64,000 bases of DNA from a plasmid. Below are positions 38,765 through 49,527 of the stretch, piece by piece. The notes under the pieces were generated by a model, which worked only from the letters and a program-made list of their open reading frames with translations, was not told the origin of the DNA and made no database searches. The DNA is taken from the sequence record NZ_CP039562.1; one strand, given 5' to 3'. Position numbers and translations under genes: made by a program. Each line of letters begins with the position of its first letter. Positions within the stretch are counted from its first letter, which is position 1.

Positions 38765-41737
38765 ATGCTGAAAGCCCTTAACAAGTTATTTGGTGGGCGA
38801 AGTGGAGTGATCGAGACCGCGCCGAGCGTCAGAGTGTTGCCGCTTAAAGACGTGGAAGATGAAGAAATCCCTCGATACCCACCTTTTGCCAAGGGCCTGC
38901 CAGTGGCCCCACTAGACAAGATACTGGCAACCCAAGCTGAACTGATTGAGAAAGTGCGGAACTCTCTCGGTTTCACTGTGGACGACTTCAACCGGCTTGT
39001 TTTGCCGGTGATCCAGCGGTATGCCGCGTTTGTTCACCTGTTGCCAGCTTCCGAATCACACCACCACCGTGGCGCTGGTGGTCTGTTCCGACATGGGCTT
39101 GAAGTGGCCTTCTGGGCAGCTCAGGCATCTGAGTCAGTTATCTTTTCCATCGAGGGGACGCCTCGTGAACGCCGTGACAATGAGCCGCGTTGGAGACTGG
39201 CGAGCTGTTTCTCCGGGCTGCTGCATGATGTGGGTAAACCGCTCTCGGATGTGTCCATTACGGACAAAGACGGGTCAATCACATGGAACCCGTATTCGGA
39301 GTCACTTCATGACTGGGCACACCGTCACGAAATCGACCGTTACTTTATCCGGTGGCGCGACAAGCGACACAAAAGACATGAGCAATTCTCGCTGCTGGCG
39401 GTGGATCGAATTATTCCGGCTGAGACTCGGGAGTTTCTGTCCAAGTCTGGCCCGTCCATCATGGAAGCGATGCTGGAAGCTATCTCAGGAACCAGCGTCA
39501 ATCAGCCTGTGACCAAGCTGATGCTTCGCGCTGACCAAGAGAGCGTCTCACGGGACCTTCGCCAGAGTCGTCTCGATGTGGACGAGTTCTCCTATGGTGT
39601 GCCTGTCGAGCGGTACGTGTTCGATGCCATCCGCCGCCTGGTTAAAACCGGAAAATGGAAGGTCAATGAGCCAGGCGCGAAAGTCTGGCACCTCAACCAA
39701 GGTGTATTCATTGCCTGGAAACAGCTTGGGGACCTTTATGACTTGATCAGCCACGACAAGATCCCCGGTATTCCACGAGACCCTGACACACTGGCCGACA
39801 TTCTCATCGAACGTGGTTTTGCTGTACCAAACACGGTGCAGGAGAAGGGTGAACGTGCGTACTACCGCTACTGGGAAGTTTTGCCTGAGATGCTCCAGGA
39901 GGCGGCGGGATCGGTGAAGATCTTGATGCTCCGACTCGAATCAAACGACCTGGTGTTTACGACTGAGCCTCCTGCGGCTGTTGCTGCGGAAGTTGTTGGT
40001 GATGTTGAGGACGCTGAGATTGAGTTCGTTGATCCTGAGGAAGTCGATGACGACCAAGAGGAAGATGTGTCAGCTCTGAACGATGACATGTTGGCCGCAG
40101 AGCAGGAAGCAGAGAAAGCTCTAGCTGGTCTTGGCTTTGGTGATGCGATGGAGATGCTGAAAAGCACCTCAGATGCTGTCGAGGAGAAACCAGAGCAAAA
40201 AGATGCTGGATCAACGGAATCATCTAAGCCTGACGCTGGCAAGAAGGGTAAGCCGCAGAGCAAACCGGGCAAAGCAAAACCGAAGAGTGATACAGAGAAA
40301 CAACCCCACAAACCAGAGGCAAAAGAGGATTTGTCCCCTCAGGACATTGCCAAAAACGCACCACCTTTGGCAAACGACAATCCGTTACAAGCACTCAAGG
40401 ATGTTGGGGGTGGACTGGGGGACATCGACTTTCCGTTTGACGCATTCAGCGCATCGGCAGAGACAGCCAGCACTGACGCAACAAACTCAGAAATCCCAGA
40501 TGTGGCAATGCCCGGAAAGCAAGAGAAGCAGCCAAAACAGGACTTCGTTCCACAAGAACAAAACTCCCTGCAGGGCGATGACTTTCCAATGTTCGGTAGT
40601 TCTGATGAACCGCCATCATGGGCGATTGAGCCGCTCCCTATGCTGACTGACGCACCAGAACAAACAACACCAGCGCCAGCAATGCCACCTACGGACAAAC
40701 CTAATCTGCATGAGAAAGACGCAAAGACCTTACTCGTTGAGATGTTAGCCGGGTACGGAGAAGCATCGGCGTTGCTTGAACAAGCGATCATGCCTGTTTT
40801 GGAAGGTAAAACGACGCTGGGCGAAGTCCTATGCCTGATGAAGGGTCAAGCCGTCATTTTGTACCCGGATGGCGCTCGGTCGCTGGGTGCGCCGTCAGAG
40901 GTTCTCTCGAAGCTGTCCCACGCCAACGCGATTGTTCCAGACCCGATTATGCCAGGTCGCAAAGTTCGTGATTTCAGCGGAGTGAAGGCAATTGTACTGG
41001 CGGAGCAGCTTTCAGATGCAGTCGTAGCGGCCATTAAGGATGCCGAGGCGTCAATGGGGGGATACCAGGATGCCTTTGAGCTCGTCTCTCCCCCTGGCTT
41101 GGATGCAAGCAAGAATAAGTCTGCACCGAAACAACAAAGCCGAAAAAAGGCGCAGCAGCAGAAGCCTGAGGTTAACGCCGGTAAACCCTCGCCTGAACAA
41201 AAGGCGAAAGGTAAGGACTCCCAGCCACAGCAGAAGGAGAAGAAGGTCGATGTTACTTCTCCGGTTGAAGAGCCGCAGCGCCAGCCGGTCCAAGAAAAAC
41301 AGAACGTGGCTCGCCTTCCTAAGCGGGAGGTTCAACCAGTGGCTCCTGAGCCCAAAGTTGAGCGTGAGAAGGAATTGGGACACGTCGAGGTGCGAGAAAG
41401 GGAAGAGCCAGAGGTTAGGGAGTTTGAGCCGCCTAAGGCGAAAACAAACCCGAAAGACATCAACGCGGAAGATTTCTTGCCGTCTGGTGTTACGCCTCAG
41501 AAAGCACTCCAGATGCTCAAGGACATGATCCAAAAACGCTCGGGCAGATGGCTCGTGACACCTGTCCTGGAAGAGGATGGCTGCTTAGTAACCAGTGACA
41601 AAGCCTTCGACATGATTGCCGGTGAAAACATCGGCATCAGCAAACACATCCTCTGCGGGATGCTGAGCCGGGCACAGAGACGGCCTTTGCTCAAGAAACG
41701 TCAGGGAAAACTGTATTTAGAGGTAAATGAAACATGA
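38765..41737 (+). CDS. traI: MOBH-family conjugative relaxase TraI (HD domain)
   Basis: 990 aa. HD phosphohydrolase motif (LLHDVGKPLSD) near the N-terminus and a long acidic/basic low-complexity C-terminal half. Followed by traD. Characteristic of SXT/IncA-C-type TraI. Confidence 0.8.
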   Translation: MLKALNKLFGGRSGVIETAPSVRVLPLKDVEDEEIPRYPPFAKGLPVAPLDKILATQAELIEKVRNSLGFTVDDFNRLVLPVIQRYAAFVHLLPASESHHHRGAGGLFRHGLEVAFWAAQASESVIFSIEGTPRERRDNEPRWRLASCFSGLLHDVGKPLSDVSITDKDGSITWNPYSESLHDWAHRHEIDRYFIRWRDKRHKRHEQFSLLAVDRIIPAETREFLSKSGPSIMEAMLEAISGTSVNQPVTKLMLRADQESVSRDLRQSRLDVDEFSYGVPVERYVFDAIRRLVKTGKWKVNEPGAKVWHLNQGVFIAWKQLGDLYDLISHDKIPGIPRDPDTLADILIERGFAVPNTVQEKGERAYYRYWEVLPEMLQEAAGSVKILMLRLESNDLVFTTEPPAAVAAEVVGDVEDAEIEFVDPEEVDDDQEEDVSALNDDMLAAEQEAEKALAGLGFGDAMEMLKSTSDAVEEKPEQKDAGSTESSKPDAGKKGKPQSKPGKAKPKSDTEKQPHKPEAKEDLSPQDIAKNAPPLANDNPLQALKDVGGGLGDIDFPFDAFSASAETASTDATNSEIPDVAMPGKQEKQPKQDFVPQEQNSLQGDDFPMFGSSDEPPSWAIEPLPMLTDAPEQTTPAPAMPPTDKPNLHEKDAKTLLVEMLAGYGEASALLEQAIMPVLEGKTTLGEVLCLMKGQAVILYPDGARSLGAPSEVLSKLSHANAIVPDPIMPGRKVRDFSGVKAIVLAEQLSDAVVAAIKDAEASMGGYQDAFELVSPPGLDASKNKSAPKQQSRKKAQQQKPEVNAGKPSPEQKAKGKDSQPQQKEKKVDVTSPVEEPQRQPVQEKQNVARLPKREVQPVAPEPKVEREKELGHVEVREREEPEVREFEPPKAKTNPKDINAEDFLPSGVTPQKALQMLKDMIQKRSGRWLVTPVLEEDGCLVTSDKAFDMIAGENIGISKHILCGMLSRAQRRPLLKKRQGKLYLEVNET

Positions 41738-43599
41738 CAATGAGTTATGACCCGCTCGCCTACGAGATGCCGTGGCGGCCCAACTATGAAAAAAATGCTG
41801 TAGCAGGCTGGCTTGCCGCCTCCGGCGCGGCTTTGGCCGTAGAGCAAGTCAGCACGATGCCTCCGGAGCCCTTCTATTGGATGACGGGGATCTGTGGCGT
41901 GATGGCGATGGCTCGTTTGCCAAAGGCTATCAAACTTCACCTGCTCCAAAAGCATTTGAAGGGGCGTGATCTGGAGTTTATTTCTATTGCGGAGCTCCAA
42001 AAGTACATCAAGGACACGCCGGACGATATGTGGCTTGGTAGTGGGTTCCTGTGGGAAAACCGCCATGCCCAGCGCGTGTTTGAGATCCTGAAACGCGACT
42101 GGACTTCCATCGTAGGGAGAGAGTCCACGGTCAAAAAGGTTGTCCGGAAGATACAGGGTAAGAAAAAGGAGCTGCCAATCGGCCAGCCCTGGATTCACGG
42201 GGTAGAACCCAAAGAAGAGAAGCTGATGCAGCCACTCAAGCACACTGAGGGGCATTCGCTGATCGTTGGGACCACCGGCTCGGGCAAGACCCGTATGTTC
42301 GACATCCTGATTTCACAGGCCATTCTGCGTGGGGAAGCCGTGATCATCATAGACCCGAAAGGGGATAAGGAGATGCGGGACAATGCACGACGTGCCTGTG
42401 AAGCTATGGGGCAGCCGGAAAGATTCGTCTCATTTCATCCAGCATTCCCGGAAGAGTCGGTGCGTATCGACCCTCTGCGTAACTTCACCCGCGTGACTGA
42501 AATTGCAAGTCGTTTGGCAGCGTTGATCCCGTCCGAAGCAGGGGCCGACCCGTTCAAATCATTTGGATGGCAGGCACTGAACAACATCGCTCAGGGCTTG
42601 GTCATCACTCATGATCGTCCCAACCTGACAAAGCTCCGCCGATTCCTTGAAGGTGGCGCTGCTGGCTTGGTCATCAAGGCCGTTCAGGCTTACTCAGAGC
42701 GAGTTATGCCCGACTGGGAGGCAGAAGCAGCGGCTTATTTGGAGAAAGTCAAAAACGGTTCGCGTGAGAAGATCGCTTTCGCGTTGATGAAGTTCTACTA
42801 CGACATCATCCAACCTGAGCACCCAAACTCTGATCTGGAAGGCTTGCTGTCGATGTTCCAGCACGACCAAACCCACTTCTCCAAGATGGTGGCGAACCTC
42901 CTGCCGATCATGAATATGCTGACGTCCGGGGAGCTAGGCCCTCTGCTGTCTCCAGACTCATCTGATCTGAGCGACGAACGCCAGATCACTGATTCCGCAA
43001 AAATCATCAACAACGCTCAAGTTGCTTATCTGGGGCTCGACTCCCTGACCGACAACATGGTTGGTAGTGCTATGGGGTCCATCTTCCTGTCAGACCTGAC
43101 AGCGGTTGCCGGTGACAGATACAACTACGGCGTCAACAACAGACCCGTAAATATCTTTGTTGATGAGGCTGCTGAGGTGATCAACGACCCGTTCATCCAG
43201 CTCCTGAACAAAGGTCGCGGTGCGAAACTTCGTCTTTTCGTTGCAACTCAGACTTTTGCTGACTTCGCAGCTCGACTGGGTAGCAAAGACAAAGCGCTCC
43301 AAGTGTTGGGGAACATCAACAACACGTTTGCTCTGCGTATCGTCGATGGTGAAACACAGGAGTATATCGCAGATAACTTGCCGAAGACCCGGCTCAAGTA
43401 CGTCATGCGGACTCAAGGCCAGAACTCGGATGGCAAGGAGCCCATTATGCACGGAGGCAACCAAGGCGAGCGTTTGATGGAGGAGGAAGCTGATCTGTTC
43501 CCAGCCCAGTTATTGGGAATGCTTCCGAACCTGGAATACATAGCCAAAATTTCAGGCGGAACAATCGTAAAAGGCCGTCTGCCCATATTGACCCAGTAA
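41734..43599 (+). CDS. traD: type IV coupling protein TraD
   Basis: N-terminal transmembrane helices, Walker A motif GTTGSGKT, Walker B motif IFVDEA. 621 aa. Confidence 0.85.
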   Translation: MTMSYDPLAYEMPWRPNYEKNAVAGWLAASGAALAVEQVSTMPPEPFYWMTGICGVMAMARLPKAIKLHLLQKHLKGRDLEFISIAELQKYIKDTPDDMWLGSGFLWENRHAQRVFEILKRDWTSIVGRESTVKKVVRKIQGKKKELPIGQPWIHGVEPKEEKLMQPLKHTEGHSLIVGTTGSGKTRMFDILISQAILRGEAVIIIDPKGDKEMRDNARRACEAMGQPERFVSFHPAFPEESVRIDPLRNFTRVTEIASRLAALIPSEAGADPFKSFGWQALNNIAQGLVITHDRPNLTKLRRFLEGGAAGLVIKAVQAYSERVMPDWEAEAAAYLEKVKNGSREKIAFALMKFYYDIIQPEHPNSDLEGLLSMFQHDQTHFSKMVANLLPIMNMLTSGELGPLLSPDSSDLSDERQITDSAKIINNAQVAYLGLDSLTDNMVGSAMGSIFLSDLTAVAGDRYNYGVNNRPVNIFVDEAAEVINDPFIQLLNKGRGAKLRLFVATQTFADFAARLGSKDKALQVLGNINNTFALRIVDGETQEYIADNLPKTRLKYVMRTQGQNSDGKEPIMHGGNQGERLMEEEADLFPAQLLGMLPNLEYIAKISGGTIVKGRLPILTQ

Positions 43600-43609
43600 G
43601 AGCAGAGCT

Positions 43610-44194
43610 ATGTGTGACAAGAAGTATAGAAATTACGAGGTAGCCATCATGGTCGATGTGAACCCTTTCGACAGGGTTATGAATGAATTGAAAAGTCGTG
43701 GCCGCAAGAACGCTCACATCCTGAGCATCCTCCAATTCGACTGGCCTGCATCGGAGGCCATCATCGAGAAGCTGAGCTGCTACATCACAGACGGGATTAA
43801 GGCTAATCAGGAGCCTGTGATTTACCCGATCATTGAAGAAGCTCTGCATCGCTACAGCCAGCTCGTGTTTCATGAGCAGAGAGAGAAATATGAAGACCCG
43901 GCCAGAATTGGGGCATTTCTGGAAACCCTGATCACCGAAACCTGCCGGGCGTTGGAAGTGCAAATTGTCGATAGTGGCGGTGATTCATGGTCTGTCGATT
44001 CAGGAGAGTCGTTCTCACTGTGGCTTTCTTCCCATCCAGGAGAACTATCCATTAACCCGCAGCCCCATGAGGATGAGACCTCTTTGCGTGGCTTGCTGTA
44101 TGAGCTCATCACCTGTGAGAGCGTGAAAACTGTTTTAAGGAGAACCGACTATGAAGAAGCCGTGGTTGCTGGTCGCATGGCTGCTGGTTATTGA
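43610..44194 (+). CDS. hypothetical protein
   Basis: 194-aa ORF downstream of traD. Confidence 0.4.
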   Translation: MCDKKYRNYEVAIMVDVNPFDRVMNELKSRGRKNAHILSILQFDWPASEAIIEKLSCYITDGIKANQEPVIYPIIEEALHRYSQLVFHEQREKYEDPARIGAFLETLITETCRALEVQIVDSGGDSWSVDSGESFSLWLSSHPGELSINPQPHEDETSLRGLLYELITCESVKTVLRRTDYEEAVVAGRMAAGY

Positions 44195-44780
44195 GTTGCT
44201 GGCAATATTGCTGCTGATCCCTGGCGACTGGACAGACAGAGCCATCAAAAGGGAATCCGAGCTGGTGGAACAGAGTCTTGGTGTCGAAGCAAGAGACTGG
44301 ATACAGAACAAAGCATCTACCTGGTTCAGGTCGAGCGTTATTGATTCAGGATTCTATGAGGGGATGTACCAAACGCTGATCCCATCAGAAGAGGAGCGCC
44401 AGAAGTCCAAGGGGATGCAGGACATGGGCAAGGGCTGGTTTGTGTGGGTCAAAGGCCGCATGGAAGCCTTTGTCAACGTCATTTACCAGTTCTACACAAG
44501 GTTGGCACTGTTAGCCGCGTGGGCTCCCTATATGCTGATCCTGTTCGTACCTGCGGTATATGACGGGATGATGACATGGCGAATTAAGCGGACCAACTTC
44601 GATTATGCGAGTCCGGTTCTCCATCGTTACAGCGTTCGCGGAACGATGTACCTGATGGCCGGATTGTTCATCGCGTTCTTCATCCCCATAGCGCTCGATC
44701 CGGTTGTCATCCCGATGACAATGATGACGTGCTGTGTCCTGGTTGGCCTGACGTTCGGCAACCTCCAGAAACGGGTATAG
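44151..44780 (+). CDS. membrane protein
   Basis: 209 aa with multiple transmembrane helices. Confidence 0.4.
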   Translation: MKKPWLLVAWLLVIELLAILLLIPGDWTDRAIKRESELVEQSLGVEARDWIQNKASTWFRSSVIDSGFYEGMYQTLIPSEEERQKSKGMQDMGKGWFVWVKGRMEAFVNVIYQFYTRLALLAAWAPYMLILFVPAVYDGMMTWRIKRTNFDYASPVLHRYSVRGTMYLMAGLFIAFFIPIALDPVVIPMTMMTCCVLVGLTFGNLQKRV

Positions 44781-44789
44781 GGAGGGAGG

Positions 44790-45236
44790 ATGAGCTACTC
44801 CGTTATAAATCAAGATGGGGTGCATCTGTGCGACATCCCATTGAACGTCTACCAGGTGATACGTCGCCAATCCTTGTCTGCGTTGTGGCTTTACTGGGCG
44901 CAGAGCTTGAATTTGGTGAAGGTGCTCATTGCTTGCGTCGGAAAGATGATCTTTGTGATGCCGGTAATGTGGTTCTGGGTGCTGGTGGTGTGCCGCTTGG
45001 TTGAACCAGAACGTATCTCAGACGTGTCAGGACTTATCTCTCCGGACGTGATCGGGTGGGCCGCTGGTGCGGCCATCACCCTCATTATCTTTTCCGTATT
45101 TACACGCCCAGCGTTGTACGGATACCACAACTTTTTCAAGCAGCATATTTGCTCAAGAGTAAAGCAAGTAACGCCGGAACTCAGAACAGTCACTGGGCCA
45201 CTGTTCTTTTACCGAAACGAAATTGGAACGATATAG
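44790..45236 (+). CDS. membrane protein
   Basis: 148 aa with three or four transmembrane helices. Confidence 0.4.
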   Translation: MSYSVINQDGVHLCDIPLNVYQVIRRQSLSALWLYWAQSLNLVKVLIACVGKMIFVMPVMWFWVLVVCRLVEPERISDVSGLISPDVIGWAAGAAITLIIFSVFTRPALYGYHNFFKQHICSRVKQVTPELRTVTGPLFFYRNEIGTI

Positions 45237-45245
45237 AGAGGAACC

Positions 45246-45623
45246 ATGAAAGTAACTAATAGACTCCAACTGCTGGCACTGGGGCTGTGTATAGCCGGTA
45301 CTGCCATCGCGGCTCCTGATGTGCTCAATGACGACGCAAAGCTCAAGAACCTTGAGAAGGTGTGTCCCGACTGTCAGATGGTGGCAAAAGATGTACTCAA
45401 TCTGCGGGTTGAAAACTGCCAGCTCAAAGACACTTCCAGTGCAATGATGATTGGCACCATGCAAAATGACCCTATGTTTTCGTTTATGCTGGCTGTACAC
45501 ACAGCGGCAGGCTCGGAGGCATACAAAACGGTAGTTGGTGCCGCTGGCAACCATGTTGACTGTGAAAACCCGTTGAACTGGATCAAGCTGACCCAGCAAG
45601 CGATTAAAGGTGGCAAAGTCTAA
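45246..45623 (+). CDS. periplasmic protein
   Basis: Signal peptide MKVTNRLQLLALGLCIAGTAIA. Contains cysteine pairs. Confidence 0.4.
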   Translation: MKVTNRLQLLALGLCIAGTAIAAPDVLNDDAKLKNLEKVCPDCQMVAKDVLNLRVENCQLKDTSSAMMIGTMQNDPMFSFMLAVHTAAGSEAYKTVVGAAGNHVDCENPLNWIKLTQQAIKGGKV

Positions 45624-46285
45624 TGCGTAAGAGAGATTTCTTTTTTGGAGAGGTGTATGAGGGGAGTGGAGGAGCCACTCTACGACTGAGTGATATGGAA
45701 CCATTGGCAAGAAAAGTGTCGGCAGAGTTCTTCACTGCACAACTGAACCGTATACTGAAAGAGCATGACGGTCAGTTGACGCTCAGCGATGGAACGTCGT
45801 ACCCCAGCTTTTGGAGCTTCATCGACAAGGTTGATCCAGAGCAGGTTGGTTTCGTGGAGATCTACGCTCGGCAGGATGTTAACGATAATGTTGAAGCGAC
45901 ACTGGCGTGTGACATCGTTTTGGTAAATGGTGTGATCACCGTTAAACCTCACTGGTGTGCTTACAAAGACATCAGGGCTGACGAAGTGATTTCCACCTTA
46001 CTGGTGCCTTTGCATTTGAAGGCTCTCCAGGGTAAGGCTTACATTCGCTGGGATGATGGTGAAACCGAACCTCTGTTACAAAACGACGACTATCAGGCTG
46101 AACTTGAAAATGTGTTTAGTGTTTCCAAGTACCCATCAGCCATGAGCTGGGGCGATACAGCAGACCAGAAGGTTAAGCAGTACAAGATGGACCTTGAGTG
46201 CGCCACAGATGTTGGTCGTCGAGGTGTCTCATCAGAGCAAGCATGGGATGCTTATCGAGAACTCCGTTACAATAGAACAGTGTGA
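45623..46285 (+). CDS. hypothetical protein
   Basis: 220 aa. Hairpin terminator at 46289–46307. Confidence 0.4.
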   Translation: MRKRDFFFGEVYEGSGGATLRLSDMEPLARKVSAEFFTAQLNRILKEHDGQLTLSDGTSYPSFWSFIDKVDPEQVGFVEIYARQDVNDNVEATLACDIVLVNGVITVKPHWCAYKDIRADEVISTLLVPLHLKALQGKAYIRWDDGETEPLLQNDDYQAELENVFSVSKYPSAMSWGDTADQKVKQYKMDLECATDVGRRGVSSEQAWDAYRELRYNRTV

Positions 46286-46608
46286 AACAAGCGGCCATCG
46301 GCCGCTTTGAACTTTCACATGTGAAAGTTTTTCGCCTCCCGCTCTTATCATCTCCTCGAATAAACCTCCATAAAGTGCCCAAAATGGGCCGTAACAGCAC
46401 TGTTCCTAGATTGATCAATTAAGAGACGATTACTCCGTGATGACGACAAGTTATTTGGAGGGTCTATGTCCGCACAAGCTCACGTCAGAGAAAGCGAAAG
46501 CTCATCTGGTTCATTCATCTCCTGGCAGTTCCTTGTCTGGCAGGTGATGTTCGTTATAGGTGTTGTTGCAGGGATGAACCTGGAACACGCATTCAATTTT
46601 CTAGGTTA

Positions 46609-46986
46609 ATGGGAGGAAGTGTGAACCTTAATAAACAATTTTTCTGGTTTTTGATGAACGCGGTGCTGATGTGCATCTTCATCGTTCCAGTGGCCGTCGC
46701 GTTTTGGCTGTCTGCTTTTGCGGCAGGTTTTGACTGGAGTCAGTGGGTTAAGTTGGCTGCTGATACGGCCAACAGAGCTGCAAGTGACCCGGCCAAGGCT
46801 CTGGGCACGGTTCAGACCTACTGGGGCATTCTCAGCTTCTTCCTGCTGGCGGCGTACAGTCTGATGTTCAAGTTTAAAGCCAATGCTAACAAGGAAGTGA
46901 AAACTCTGGAGGTGGCCCGACCAGCCAATGAAGTTAGCGTTGCGGCTTCGGAAAAACATTCGGAAGCGGTTCCTCAAAATCAATAA
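46609..46986 (+). CDS. membrane protein
   Basis: 125 aa with two transmembrane helices. Confidence 0.35.
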   Translation: MGGSVNLNKQFFWFLMNAVLMCIFIVPVAVAFWLSAFAAGFDWSQWVKLAADTANRAASDPAKALGTVQTYWGILSFFLLAAYSLMFKFKANANKEVKTLEVARPANEVSVAASEKHSEAVPQNQ

Positions 46987-47130
46987 CCGATCCAGTAAAC
47001 GCAAAAAAGGCGGCTTAGGCCGCCTTCTTTTATTTGTCGCTGGAAGTGCCCGAAAAGGGCGCGAAGCCGTGGCAGAAAATCAGTGACCCTGAATGAGAAT
47101 ACAGGCCACTAGGAAAAGAAGAGGGTTGCT

Positions 47131-47412
47131 ATGAAGCCTGTAAAGATACCGCGCCGGGTCGATGAGCCCCCGCATCTGCTGTTGTGGAGCGCAGATGAGT
47201 TGGCCCCGATGCTTTTGGGGCTAACGATAGGGGTCATCATCGGTAAGGCTCTGATCTGCTTTCTGGGGGGGTTACTTGTAACCAACCTTTATCGCCGATT
47301 CAGGGATAACCATCCGGATGGATACCTGCTCCACATGATCTACTGGGCCGGGTTCATCATGACCAAGGCCAAATCTCTCAAGAACCCGTTTGTCCGGAGG
47401 TATTTGCCTTGA
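47131..47412 (+). CDS. traL: conjugative pilus assembly protein TraL
   Basis: 93 aa, single transmembrane helix, TraL-like (F-type type IV secretion). Confidence 0.6.
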   Translation: MKPVKIPRRVDEPPHLLLWSADELAPMLLGLTIGVIIGKALICFLGGLLVTNLYRRFRDNHPDGYLLHMIYWAGFIMTKAKSLKNPFVRRYLP

Positions 47413-47800
47413 ACCTGAAAAAGTATCTCAAGACCTGGGAAGGGACCCAAACAGAAAATAAGTGGGGGCGAATCTTCCAGGGTGGTCTTATTGCTATCGT
47501 TTTCCTGCTGGTGGTCCAAGTATTCAGCAAGGAAACCATCGTCACTATCCAGCCTTTCACGCTCACGGAAGAAGCCTGGGTGACGAAAAGTAACGCCTCT
47601 CAGTCCTATAAAGAGGCTTGGGGTTTCGCTTTTGCTCAGCTCCTTGGCAATGTGACGCCAGGAACCGTTGACTTTGTGAAAGAACGGATCACCCCGCTTC
47701 TCTCCCCGAGCATCTATCAGGACGTGATTGATGCCATCGAAATTCAAGCTCAACAGATCAAGAACGACCGCGTAACCATGCGGTTTGAGCCGCGTTTTGT
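47409..47800 (+). pseudogene. traE: traE truncated by IS26
   Basis: TraE-like N-terminus (MNLKKYLKTWEGTQTENKWGRIFQGGLIAIVFLL). The frame runs directly into the IS26 inverted repeat at 47801. Confidence 0.6.
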
Positions 47801-48620
47801 GGCACTGTTGCAAATAGTCGGTGGTGATAAACTTATCATCCCCTTTTGCTGATGGAGCTGCACATGAACCCATTCAAAGGCCGGCATTTTCAGCGTGACA
47901 TCATTCTGTGGGCCGTACGCTGGTACTGCAAATACGGCATCAGTTACCGTGAGCTGCAGGAGATGCTGGCTGAACGCGGAGTGAATGTCGATCACTCCAC
48001 GATTTACCGCTGGGTTCAGCGTTATGCGCCTGAAATGGAAAAACGGCTGCGCTGGTACTGGCGTAACCCTTCCGATCTTTGCCCGTGGCACATGGATGAA
48101 ACCTACGTGAAGGTCAATGGCCGCTGGGCGTATCTGTACCGGGCCGTCGACAGCCGGGGCCGCACTGTCGATTTTTATCTCTCCTCCCGTCGTAACAGCA
48201 AAGCTGCATACCGGTTTCTGGGTAAAATCCTCAACAACGTGAAGAAGTGGCAGATCCCACGATTCATCAACACGGATAAAGCGCCCGCCTATGGTCGCGC
48301 GCTTGCTCTGCTCAAACGCGAAGGCCGGTGCCCGTCTGACGTTGAACACCGACAGATTAAGTACCGGAACAACGTGATTGAATGCGATCATGGCAAACTG
48401 AAACGGATAATCAACGCCACGCTGGGATTTAAATCCATGAAGACGGCTTACGCCACCATCAAAGGTATTGAGGTGATGCGTGCACTACGCAAAGGCCAGG
48501 CCTCAGCATTTTATTATGGTGATCCCCTGGGCGAAATGCGCCTGGTAAGCAGAGTTTTTGAAATGTAAGGCCTTTGAATAAGACAAAAGGCTGCCTCATC
48601 GCTAACTTTGCAACAGTGCC
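47801..48620 (+). mobile_element. tnpA: IS26 copy 3
   Basis: 820 bp with inverted repeats. tnp26 at 47864–48568. Confidence 0.95.
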
Positions 48621-49527
48621 CCACCTGCAGCGCGTTATAATGCATCACATTTTCTGCAGAAAGTGGCATAAGAAGATAGTCCGTATGCCTGTTGACATGC
48701 TCGAGCATTTCAAACGGGCGCATGTGACGCGGGATTAGATCCGGCGCTCTGGCAATAAGATGAAGGAGATGCTGCTTTTCACGAACTTTCTGTTCACGGA
48801 TGGAAGGGCAATACATGGCCAGCATCAGCGTCGATGACAGGGGCAGATAGATTTGTATGCCGGGCACGGCTAGGCCGATATTACCGTACACACCGAAGTC
48901 ATTGCGGTTCTCCAGTACCACCGGATTGTCTGACACATAGAACGGATGTTCTGGCCTGGTTTCCAGGAGGTACCAGTCCTTACTTAGCAGGTGTTTAATA
49001 TGCGACACCTGTTGGACAAGCTGCCGCAGAAAAATGTCTCTGGTATCGCCCCCGGGCGATAAACCCAGAGTTTCTCCTGCCTGCTCCTCAGTCACGCCCA
49101 TTGCCGCCAGCTTATCAGTCAGCACCGAAATCATGCCTGAGATACGTTCCAGCTCACCGAAGGTACGTGCGCGCTGCACGGCAACAAACACGGCCAGCTT
49201 GTAGCGGTCATCTTCAGTCAGCCGGCGAATGTCCTTATGCTCCAGTAGGCCGGCAATGACCGGTGCCGCGTCATGTTCGTAAATCCCCAACAACGGTTCA
49301 AGACTGAATCGTTGAGGGTGATTATCGAAGTTGTAGAACGTATTCCGGACGGTGGCGTCATCCGGCGTGGTGGCATAAGCACGCCCGGCAGCCTTATCAA
49401 AGGCGTGTAAACGCTGGCGTTTTCCCTTTACCGGCTTGCTGAAGTGCTTCAGTAAAAAACGGGGGACTGTGTGCTGCCTGACAACGTCGGTCCGCAGGTT
49501 TAATGGTTCGGTCATGGAAATTATCAT
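48621..49527 (-). CDS. DUF4238-family protein, C-terminally truncated by IS26
   Basis: About 300 aa that I recognise as DUF4238-like. The frame continues into the IS26 end. Divergent from the next gene. Confidence 0.5.

Noticed and set aside
46609-46986. Possibility that this 125-aa membrane protein is the TraA pilin.
   Set aside because: In SXT and IncC gene order, traA follows traV downstream of traL/E/K/B, not before traL. No pilin-specific motif seen.
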